Shown: piece after piece, positions 52,578 through 64,000 of the stretch
Layout: each line of letters begins with the position of its first letter
Position numbering within the stretch: the first letter of the stretch is position 1
From: Antedon mediterranea
Lineage: Eukaryota > Animalia > Echinodermata
Assembly (NCBI RefSeq): GCF_964355755.1
Contig: NC_092673.1
Location: 15,534,948-15,598,947 of the forward strand
Length of the DNA: 64,000 nt
Reading direction: 5' to 3'
The notes under the pieces: model-generated
Database searches by the model: none
Told to the model about the DNA's origin: nothing
The model's input: only the letters and a program-made list of their open reading frames with translations
Made by a program: the position numbers and the translations under genes

Positions 52578-55500
52578 TTATGGTGTTCTTTTAATCATCA
52601 TTACTGTCTTCTTGAGACTGTAGTGATTATTATTATTATGGAAACGTAACCAGGTGATGCCTGACGAATCTTTTGTACCTGGTGTAAGGTAAAGGCCATT
52701 CAAGTTCGACTTATGACAGTTATTGTACCACCAAGCACCTTTGTATTCCTCAGCACAGTTACTACTGCTTTTCTTATCATTGTCTCTATCATACGTTGTA
52801 AATTGTTGACCATTGTGTTGTGCCAAAGAATCACCTAAACAAACAAAATCTTTAGTTTACTTCATAAATATTTAATTTTTTGTTTTTATTTGTATTATAA
52901 AATAAAAAAAATTCTAAACCGCCCGGTGATATACTGAAATTTAATTAATTAATTTGAAACGACAAAATAGATATATTAAAGGGAATATAATAACACATAA
53001 CCTACATAAAATAATATAACCTACAAAACCAACTTTTTTCCCTCAAAATATCAGTATCATCACCTAGAAATGTGTTTATAACATCATGAAGGTATGATTT
53101 TATTTGATTAGGTAAAGAAGTCTATAATACTGTGTTGATCTATAAATTTCAAAATATTCTACTGCAGTTACGAGGTATGTGCATGCCATCAGACCTCGTG
53201 CAATGATTTCGTTCGTCGGCTTTTGTACCTGATTTTGAATTTTCTCACTTTCTTACTAGATAAGTTCTTTCACTATGTATATATTTTATTACATAACCAC
53301 GATAAATATTGGCATATATATTGAACTTTAAAGGTCACTTAATTTTTACAATTGAAAGAATGGATTGGATGAACCACATAAAAAAATGACAGAAGTCGCC
53401 TCCCCTAAATTTGATTAAAACAGCCTCAGCTTACATCTTGGCACCACCGCTACTTGGTTACAGTACATGTTTCAAGTTCTGTCCTTATGATATAACTGTG
53501 TTTAAGCAGTCGTAATTCTACAATTATATATACTTAAGGCTTAATAAATGTGACAAATGCAACAGAAACCCTACAGTATGTGAGTAGTACATGACTATTT
53601 TACTGCAAGATACAAAGGCCTACAAAAAAGTAAATTCTTTGTTCAATTGAAATGTGCTATTTTAGTGTAAATATTGATAGAAAGATATACTAACCTGCCG
53701 TTCCTGTGTATTCACTGATTGTCAAAGTATAGTTAGACTCTTCCGTACCAACACGAAAGTGAGAATATTTTGCGATCTTCGTTACATTCAAGTGGTCAGT
53801 CAATTCTACCAATAGCTCAAAATGGCCATCAGATGTTATACGGTTGATCTTTTCGTTCCCAAGCCAGAACTCTCTGTCTACGTTTCCAAAACCCTCTTTG
53901 TATTCTGTCCAGTCACGATAGAAATCAACTGATCCATCTTGTCTTCTCTGTATCACCTGAATGATAATAATGATAAAAGTAATGAGAACCTGACCAGTAA
54001 TACTACGACTAAATGTCAATCAATTTTACAAATTGATTACTGTACACTCATTTTACAATAATTTGCTTCTTGGTTCTTAGTATGCACATTTTTTAACATT
54101 ATATAATACTTGGCCTTTCTGGCAACACTTCACCATAATTTTCAGCCTGTAACGTTCCACTGCTGGGCAACGCTTCTCTGCTAAATCATGATGTTATTTT
54201 CTATAATAAATGTTTTCTGTCCATGCTGATCCCTGGCAGTACTTACAGTAATGATTATGCACACATTTCGTTTGTTTTTAGAATGAATTAATAATTAAGG
54301 ATTGATTTACACGTGATATCTTTGAATATTGCCTACAGTTGTATACTTCTTACCGTCCAATTGCCACTGTCCCTAATGTCACAGTACACAGTAAACTCTG
54401 GTCCTCCATCACCTGGCTGCATCACATATTCACCACTCACAGCAGAAGGATAACATTGTAAAATGTCACCACAGTCTCTTATAAAACACTCTAAAATGTA
54501 CAAAGTTTGATGTGTTTAACACATCAAACTTTGTATATTTTATTAATTTTAGTAATTTACTTAATTTTGTATTTAAACTTTGTACTTTCAGAGAAGAGGA
54601 CCAGTAAGGCAGGATACGAATCATCGGAACCGAAGAGGACCAGTACGGAAGGATACGAATCATTGGGACCGAAGAGGACCAGTAAGGCAGGATTACGAAT
54701 CATCGGGACTGAAGAGGACCAATAAGGCAGGATACGAATCATCGGGACCGAAGAGGACCAGTAAGGCAGGATACAAATCATCGGGACCGAAGAGGACCAT
54801 TAGGACAGTATACGAATCATCGGGACTGAAGAGGACCATTAGGGCAGGATACGAATAATCGGGACAGAAGAGGACCAATAAGGCAGGATACGAATCATCG
54901 GGATTGAATAGGACCTTAAGGGCAGGATACGAATAATCGGGACTGAAGAGGGCCAGTAAGGCAGGATACGGATCATCGAGACTGAAGAGGACTAGTAAGG
55001 CAGGATACGAATCATCAGGATCGAAGAGAACCAGTAAGGCAGGATACGAATCATCGGGACCGAAGAGGACCATTAGGACAGTATACGAATCATCGGGACT
55101 GAAAAGGACCATTAAGGCAGGATACGAATAATCAGGACTGAAGAAGACCAGTAAGGCAGGATACGGAACATCGGGACCGAAGAGGACCAGTAAGGAAGGA
55201 TACGAATCATCGTGACCGAGGAGGACCAGTAAGGCAGGATACGAATCATCGGGACCGAAGAGGACCAGTAAGGCAGGATACGAATCATCGGGACCGAATA
55301 GGACCAGTACGACAGGATACGAATCATCGGGACTGAATAGGAACCAGTAAGGCAGGATACGAATAATTGGGACTGAAGAGGACCAGTAAGGCAGGATACG
55401 AATCATCGGGACCGAAGAGGACCAGTAAGGCAGGATACGAATCATCGGGACCGAAGAGGACCATTAGGACAGGATACGAATCATCGGAATGAAGAGGACC

Positions 55501-58500
55501 ATTAAGGCAGAATACGAATAATCGGGACTGAAGAGGACCATTAAGGCAGGATACGAATCATCGGGACCGAAGAGGACCAGTAAGGCAGGATACAAATCAT
55601 CGGGACCGAAGAGGACCATTAGGACAGTATACGAATCATCGGGACTGAAGAGGACCATTAGGGCAGGATACGAATAATCGGGACAGAAGAGGACCAATAA
55701 GGCAGGATACGAATCATCGGGATTGAATAGGACCTTAAGGGCAGGATACGAATAATCGGGACTGAAGAGGGCCAGTAAGGCAGGATACGGATCATCGAGA
55801 CTGAAGAGGACTAGTAAGGCAGGATACGAATCATCAGGATCGAAGAGAACCAGTAAGGCAGGATACGAATCATCGGGACCGAAGAGGACCATTAGGACAG
55901 TATATACGAATCATCGGGACTGAAAGGGACCATTAAGGCAGGATACGAATAATCAGGACTGAAGAAGACCAGTAAGGCAGGATACGGAACATCGGGACCG
56001 AAGAGGACCAGTAAGGAAGGATACGAATCATCGTGACTGAGGAGGACCAGTAAGGCAGGATACGAATCATCGGGACCGAAGAGGACCAGTAAGGCAGGAT
56101 ACGAATCATCGGGACCGAATAGGACCAGTACGACAGGATACGAATCATCGGGACTGAATAGGAACCAGTAAGGCAGGATACGAATAATCGGGACTGAAGA
56201 GGACCAGTAAGGCAGGATACGAATCATCGGGACCGAAGAGGACCAGTAAGGCAGGATACGAATCATCGGGACCGAAGAGGACCATTAGGACAGGATACGA
56301 ATCATCGGGATGAAGAGGGCCATTAAGGCAGAATACGAATAATCGGGACTGAAGAGGACCAATAAGGCAGGATACGAATCATCGGGACCGAAGAGGACCA
56401 GTAAGGCAGGATACAAATCATCGGGACCGAAGAGGACCATTAGGACAGTATACGAATCATCGGGACTGAAGAGGACCATTAGGGCAGGATACGAATAATC
56501 GGAACAGAAGAGGACCAATAAGGCAGGATACGAATCATCGGGATTGAATAGGACCTTAAGGGCAGGATACGAATAATCGGGACTGAAGAGGGCCAGTAAG
56601 GCAGGATACGGATCATCGAGACTGAAGAGGACCAGTAAGGCAGGATACGAATAATCGGGACTGAAGAGGACCAGTTACCAGAAGTTCGCAAGTTATGAAA
56701 TGCAGATAAGAACATTGATATCATAATATTGATGTAGCATCAGTTTTCCTTTGCTAGTTGCCCTTTCTTTTTTTATACCAAGCGTTTGTTTACCCTTTTT
56801 AAAAATGTTAACCGTTTTTTATTCATAACCTTTGTCCTTCTGCCTGTTGCTTTCGTCTTCTTGTTGTTGTTGTTTATGTGTTATATGGCTCAACGATATT
56901 AAGATATATTGTACACATTATTATTTAGATCTAGATGTAAAGTATGATGCCATATTAAGTCATTTGGGGATCAGCTAAGGACTAGGTACATTACCAAATG
57001 TCCATATTGGGTAAAAGCAAAATGCCAGAAAGGCCATTCAAGTATTACAAACTTTTTTACCGTTCTGGGGGACAATTACATCTTTAAGCGTGCGGTTAGT
57101 TAAACACCCGTAAAAAGAAGAGCATTCATTCATGTCTGACAAATTAATAAATAACAATTTGAATTAAACTAAATATATACAGTAGAATGGCCAGAAAAAG
57201 GGAAAGAAATACTATAAAAAAAAGCAAAGAAGAAACTTCGTCAGTTAATGTAATGAATTGGAATAGTTGTGTATTGAGGGCGCTGCGTTGTCATTCTGCA
57301 TATTACAGGTGATTGTGTGTGATATAATGCCGTGCGTAAGCAGAGCGGGTCTTTTGTTCGTTATGTTACAGTTGTTATTTTGCATTTGCAGTTGCTAGCA
57401 TATGTAAGTTATCGTATTTTATACTGTATTTAGCAACTGAATTACATGTAATTTATAATTTATAATACCATTACAGTTCTTGTTCATATCGTAGGCCTAT
57501 GTAGGCCTATAAGCAATTTACCAAATGTTAACAATCATGCTTTGCTTAGTAATAAATGAGACTTACATTTACAATATTTATCTTAGTTTTGATACGTTTC
57601 GAATGATTCTCGGGCGACTATTGTATGTAGTCAATGTGCTCGATCAGAAGTAATGCGTTCACACATAATGTGTTTAGTGCGAGTTTCCGTGTCATGGTGT
57701 CACGAACACCAAAGAAATTAGAAACCCTGTCTAATGAGGAAAATGTTAAAAGATACTAACATCAATACACTGTCTTTTTAAGGAAAGGCAAAAATGTATA
57801 GTCTGAAATGCTCTATATAATTATAAAGCAGAGCCTATCGGGACAGTTTTCCTTCCGTAGTTAAATTAATTAAATCCGCAATCAACTTGCATTTCAGAAA
57901 AAAGTCCGTGGCCTACTGATGTATATAATTTATATAATTTAACAAAAATATAATCCTAAACTAAACTATAGTACAGTACGGTGGTACTGTGCATATTCCG
58001 GGGTAGGGGGTTACTCCCTAAGGTCCCGATATTCCTGTACAAACAATTTTCCAGAACCTTCGTCGTACAGTCGTCGCTAATCAAACAATGCCATCTATAC
58101 ACACACCAGGGAAGAGTGGTTCACACCATCCGCTAAAATGATTTACCATAGAAGAAGGATTTGACCATTATTCAATAAACAATGTTTTTGTTTTGGCTGT
58201 TAACCGAGTCATTTAAATCAACATCCAAAACCGGTTCATACACGCTAGCACACATTCTATTTCCATGTTTCTTTTCACACTTACTTTAAATAGGTTAAAA
58301 TACAGTTGGTCTTCTGGTTAAAATTAGTGTATTTAATGCATCAAAAACTTCAGATACCAAAACATATATTAAGATTGCTTAAAATTAAATCGCTGATTTC
58401 CAGAAAAATTGAACTTTTTCACAATCTTAAAAGAAATGTGACATGGTCACAATTTCTTGGTTGCAAAAATGACATGTATGTTAATCTATTTTGTGTATTT

Positions 58501-59110
58501 TAAGGAAATAATTGTTGCTATACCCTTCTATGAATAAATTTAAACGGGAAATTCTTTAAATTTATAACAATTTATAGTACAACTATGCCATTCAACTTGT
58601 AATATTTGGGCTCTCTTCCCATTTTTGCATACCTATAGGTATACAAATGTTCAATTCCTTTTCCATCGTCTATTGTAGTTTATTTAAAGTCCTGAAACCA
58701 ATAATTGTTAAAGTGGCAAATTCAACAGTAACAAAATATCACTACCCATAAACAATGATGTGAACCTCCATATAAAGAATCAATTTATTTAATATAGAAA
58801 GTTGCAAAAATCTATACTTACTCCTTTCAATGTAACAAAATTCAGGCGTTTGAATTATGTTGTTTTCAACTGATGCTTTTTCCAGTATTTTCTTACCGAT
58901 TTGACAAACACGATCTTTCTGGTTATAGTTAACAGACAGGCAATCAGATTGCTTGGAACATTCCAGCAAACAATTTAGTTTGTGAATATTCTTCAACTCG
59001 TAACTCCAACCTTCAAGAGCATGCCCTTGGAGAATAACAGTATACTTATATGTATTGATCGAATCATCACTGATGACAAATGGCAGAAGTAAGACAATTA
59101 AAGTTAGCAT
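52578..59110 (-). CDS. Secreted PAN/apple-domain + fibrinogen C-terminal (FReD) protein, 4 exons, 314 aa
   Basis: Exons 59110-58822 (signal peptide + PAN: CLLEC..CLSVNY..VCQI), 54490-54354 (RDCGDI..SGEYVMQP..FTVYCDI..GNWT), 53956-53695 (VIQRRQDGSVDFYRDW..GFG..EFWLGNEKI) and 52834-52578 (FTTYDRDND..NCA..GAWWYNNCHKSNLNG). GT-AG introns with phases 1, 0, 1 join in frame (945 nt); extra exons in intron 1 are not excluded. Confidence 0.88.
54592..56675 (+). repeat. 39-bp minisatellite (~53 units) with ~820-bp higher-order repeat, in intron 1 of the FReD gene
   Basis: GAAGAGGACCAGTAAGGCAGGATACGAATCATCGGGACC units; diagnostic variants recur at ~820-bp offsets (track ORFs at 55445 and 56266 begin identically). 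Confidence 0.95.
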
Positions 59111-61038
59111 TTCGACGTTTTTAAAATTATGTATTGGCGAATGAAACGGTTATTGTGCCAATACAATTTACAATTCGCCTTAAAATACTCAATGATACTG
59201 TATGAGTTACTTAATGTGGTACGAACTATATTTTATCTTAAGAAGTTACATTCCATTATCCAATCACTTCAATAGATAACCCAGTGTGCACCAATCAAAA
59301 TGATGATAGTAAAATGTGATTTACATAAACAAAGTTAAACATGAGGATATGCATGATCTGTTTTTTAGACGCATTTATTTTTATATATTGGGCAATATTA
59401 TGCTTCACGTATCTTGATAGGCTCATGAAGTAATTAACACAGAAACAGTATTGGGTGCATGACGTATTGTCCCTGTTTAATGTGATGATCTCTTCATACC
59501 TCCACCTCCCACATAAAAACAGTGATAATTATATTAACAAAATTGGCAGATTATCCTCCACAGAGATATATTGGGAAAATGGTGTGATGTTTATGAGACA
59601 ATAAACGTCATCCGATACGATTCAGTATATAAGTACGAAGACATCTTCCAGAATTCAGAGTATTACATTTAAAGTTTCTTATTTTTTTATTCACATTTCA
59701 CTAAATAAATGTGTGACGTTTAAGATTTTTAAAACGTGATGTATTGAATACAGTATTCTAATTTAAAGTTTTTTTGGAGAGTAGTCCTACAATGATTGGA
59801 CATTTGTATACACAATCGGTTCACCTCAACGGCGGTGCAATAAGAAGAGTTTCTGAAAGTTGGGACGAGAAAGTGAATCGGGAAAAAATAATATTTCATA
59901 TGCATTTTCAAATATTGTTTGTTATCCGAGTAAGATTCTTTGGGGGCGTGAGAACATTTTCCGAAACTCGAAATTGTCTCACACATACGATTAAAAATGA
60001 TTGATTGTTACTCTAAATCTGCTCCGGTGAGTGTAATTTCATAAATGTTGTTAAAATGTTAAAAATGTTTTAAATACAAAATTACAATATTTAGAATAGA
60101 GATTAATTTCTACAACTTTGGTTTGCTATTCGTCTTTTATTTTGTTTAATTATTTCTTTTTATTCAGATGGACCTGATTTTCAAAATCTTAGCTGTCCAG
60201 TAATATTTAATTTGCATGTTGTATACGTATTCCAATTGAATCGTGTGGTCGTACGCAAACATCGGCAAAACCCTCTACGAGTTTAGTTATTTCTTCATTT
60301 ATTCAATTTGTTAATTTTCTGTATGCATCAATAAACATAATAATCATTCATTCATTAACATACTTACAAAATCAATTGCATCACATAAGACATTTTAACT
60401 AGAAAAGGCAAACACACACACGCGCGCGCACACAAAAGATACCTGTATCAGATTATCTCAGGATCTCCATCATTTTGTTATGGAGCCTGGATGATTCAAA
60501 TGATGATACCATAACACATTAATTATTATAAACCCTTAAAATAATAGAAAATACATTTTATGCGTCAATCGACTATGTTTCAAATTTAGTGCGGACTGAA
60601 AAGTCCTACGTTTGCTGTAAATATTAATGGTAGTAATAATCATGAATTTCTGTGTAATTTCTTTAAAAGGCTGACCAGTTAAAATGATAAACAAGCATCT
60701 GTAATGACGTCATAAGACGGGATGACGTCACATACAAATCAAAATCAGCTACCAAATACGGCTATACGGTACCATCTTCGAGACGTGATATGGCTGTATC
60801 CTGTTTGAAATTTAAAAATGCGGCTCTATAGCTTTGAGGACATGTTCCTGTAGTATATTCATGCCAAATCCCAGCTCAATACTACAACGAATATGGGAAG
60901 AGTAGTACTTTATAAATCGCACTTTTTACTCGATAGTTTCCAGATGGAGGAAATGGAAGAGGAGAAGATCAGAGAGTCCTAGACTCGGGTACCCTGAGTA
61001 AAAAGATTTATTTTATATTTGCCTTCATTGTTCGTTTG

Positions 61039-61838
61039 AAGCGTGGTTCCGACTAGCGACGCAACGTAACAAAATGCCCTTCCATTAATTGGGTTTGCCC
61101 CCGTCTGCATGAAATCAAACCTGCTGGTCCTGCTAACCAGTTGGTTTATCCTGAAATAGTAAGTTGAAATCGTCTTTGTGCCGATTTCTCAACTTACTAT
61201 TATTAATGTCTTAGCCTGGATACTAAACAAGTCTGCAGTAAACGCAGAATTTAATCAATTTCACCACTGCAATCAATACGTTGTTCAGTATTCCAATATT
61301 GAATCACCTCGATTCTTTGAATCTTCTTTTTTTTCTTTATAAGAAATTTCATATATATGTATATTTCTATTACAGACTGCATAATGTTATGAAGGTGTCT
61401 TATAAAATTAAACAAATAAATTATTAATATTCCTATATTTAATTAATACTTTCAATATATTTTTATGACTGTTTATACAATACAAAACAGCTACAATTAC
61501 GATTCTCGAGCAACAATATTTAACATTGCTTTCAAGAATCATAATGGTATCACAATTTTCAAAATCGGAGGGGAAATCATATAAAAAATAGATGTGTGCT
61601 TGTCACTTAAGTTAAGTTATCCACGCGCACAACAAAAACAACAGCAACAATCATGTTAACGTGTGTGCACGTTGTGTTTGTGTGGATAACCTAAGTGACA
61701 GATTCAACTCAAATAATGGAATGCAACGCAAGAATGTGAGCGCAATACAAGCAGTTGACCAATATCAAGAGATTATAATAATCCATTGCTTGCGTTGCAT
61801 TTACGTCCTTGCGTTACGTTCTAGTGGGAACCACGATT
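61039..61838. mobile_element. Harbinger-like MITE (left TIR at 61039; right end tandemly amplified)
   Basis: AAGCGTGGTTCCGACTAG at 61039 is the inverse of CTAGTGGGAACCACGCTT, which ends each 124-bp unit. Confidence 0.6.
61601..61700. repeat. Small inverted-repeat element
   Basis: TGTCACTTA...GTTATCCAC / GTGGATAAC.TAAGTGACA. Confidence 0.55.
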
Positions 61839-62400
61839 AATGGAATGCAACGCAAGAATGTAAGCGCAATACAAGCAGTTGACCAATATCAAGAGATTAT
61901 AATAATCCATTGCTTGCGTTGCATTTACGTCCTTTCGTTACGTTCTAGTGGGAACCACGTTTAATGGAATGCAACGCAAGAACGTAAGCGCAATACAAGC
62001 AGTTGACCAATACCAAGAGATTATAATAATCCATTGCTTGCGTTGCATTTACGTGCTTGCGTTACGTTCTAGTGGGAACCACGCCTAATGGAATGCAACG
62101 CAAGAACGTAAGCGCAATACAAGCAGTTGACCAATACCAAGAAATTTTAATAATCCATTGCTTGCGTTGCGTTTACGTCCTTGCGTTACGTTCTAGTGGG
62201 AACCACGCTTAATGGAATGCAACGCAAGAACGTAAGCGCAATACAAGCAGTTGACCAATATCAAGAGATTATAATAATCCATTGCTTGCGTTGCATTTAC
62301 GTCCTTGCGTTACGTTCTAGTGGAAACCACGCTTAATGGAATGCAACGCAAGAACGTAAGCGCAATACAAGCAGTTGACCAATATCAAAAGATTATAATA
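61715..62400 (+). repeat. 124-bp tandem repeat, ~5.5 copies
   Basis: TGGAATGCAACGCAAG starts at 61717, 61841, 61965 and onward at 124-bp period. Confidence 0.95.
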
Positions 62401-64000
62401 ATAATAATAATAATCTTTATTGTCTTTCTTTCTTGTTAGTTCTTTTTCACATACATAAAATCAAACTAAAGACAAAAGACCAAAAAAAAAAGCTTTCGCT
62501 TATCGAGTTTTGGCCTTTTAAAATAAATAAACTTAAACTAGAACGTATATCATTTCTGAGAAAGAAAAATCTGAAGAAAATTAATTACATAAATGAAAAT
62601 TAATAACTCACTGGCATTATCAATATGAATATGAAATAAGTAATAGAAGAGTATTATACACATTTGTTTGTTTTTTAAATAGAAAAAACTAGAAAAAAAA
62701 CTAAGCATCATATAAGGTTATTAAATGTTCTTTGACTTTGATGGCAAATTGTGTTCTAAATGAAATTGACTTAATATTTACTGGGAGTTTATTCCAGAGT
62801 TTAGGACCTTGGTATGTTATATTGGTTTGAGATAGAGTCGTACGGCAAAAGGGGATCGAGAGATTAAACGGGTCATTAAATCGGGTGTTAAATGGATGGT
62901 TTACATAGTTAAAGTATAGTATAATATGATGAGGTAATCTAGAATAAAATATATCGGAAATAAATTTAAGCACATGCAACTCATACAATTTAAACACATC
63001 TAAAATCAACAATTGCTTAAACAAAGGTATAGAATGTGCTCTAAAATCAGAAAACGTAACACAGCGAACGAACATCTTTTGAATAAGTAGAACTTGGTTT
63101 AAGTAACTTAAATGTGTACTTCCCCATACTTCAATACCATAGGTAATTAGTGGTAAAATAAATGATTTATAAATTAACATTAATATACTTTGAGGAAGAA
63201 AATACCTTAACTTATAAAAAATACCTATTTTCGTACGTAATGTTTTACATAAATTGTTGAGATGAGTTTTCCACGTAAGATTCTTATCAAGTGATACTCC
63301 AACAAACGACAGTCTCGGCCTCATTAATTACTTTATCGTTAACAAAAAGTGAGCCTATCTTATTAATAATTTTGCCCTTATTGTGAAATAAAATATAATT
63401 AGTTTTGTTATAGTTGATTGTTAATTTATTTACAATACACCATTCACATACTTTATATAAATGTTCATTTGCTATATTAAGGTCTATTTTATCTGATGAA
63501 AATGAATGAAATAGGTTGGAGTCATCGGCAAATAAACAAAAATCAAAATAATCTGTTGAATTTGGCATATCATTAATATAAATTTAAAAAAGTATAGGTC
63601 CTAGCACCGAGCCTTGTGGGACTCCATGAGGTATTTCCCTAGTTTGAGAATGGCTATTAGGAAATGATACATATTGAGATCTATTCTTTAAATAATCGGT
63701 TATCCATGACAATGCTTTTCCTTGAATACCATAATTAAATAATTTTGAAATTAAAATTTTGTGATTAATATTATCAAACGCTTTGCTAAATTTATTAATG
63801 ATAATTTAGTACTATGACGTTTTCGAAACCCATATTGATGAAAATAAAATAAATTAAATTTCTCAAAAAATCTTGTTAACCTGTCACAAAACAACCTTTC
63901 AAGTATTTTGCTGAGAACTGGTAAAATTGAGATAGGACGGAAATTTCCAGGTATTTCTTTTGACCCCTTTTTAAAGACTGGTTGAACTTGAGCACACTTT
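62400..64000 (-). mobile_element. CR1/L2-group LINE remnant (RT), running off the right edge
   Basis: NFRPISILPVLSKILE, GVPQGSVLGPILF, LFADDSNLF, LTWKTHL, YGIEVWG, GPKLWNKLP; disrupted; tail merges into (TAA)n at ~62395-62415. Confidence 0.9.

Noticed and set aside
54466-56724. Long hydrophobic repeat ORFs up to 250 aa
   Set aside because: By-products of the 39-bp minisatellite; frameshifted and intronic.

Overview
AT-rich, intron-containing animal DNA; the repeat and gene families suggest a marine invertebrate (inference). Three host genes can be reconstructed from GT-AG splice sites: the first two coding exons of LHPP (minus strand, continuing off the left edge), a 5-exon METTL27-like methyltransferase (plus, 218 aa) and a 4-exon secreted PAN/apple + fibrinogen-C protein (minus, 314 aa), which has a broken tandem paralog downstream. 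Most of the rest is transposon-derived. The most striking structure is a ~23.8 kb block (10266-34088) bounded by inverted 18-19 bp repeat arms and an exact 9-bp direct repeat (TCTGGAGAC), i.e. a Mutator/Foldback-like non-autonomous element. It contains a ~15 kb 20-bp satellite with kb-scale higher-order duplications, and two LINEs have inserted into that satellite, one with an uninterrupted 5'-truncated EN-RT ORF. A 124-bp tandem array at ~62 kb is built from one end of a MITE. I see no CRISPR, RNA genes or prokaryote-type system; the interest lies in nested transposon and satellite evolution. All comparisons were made by eye.
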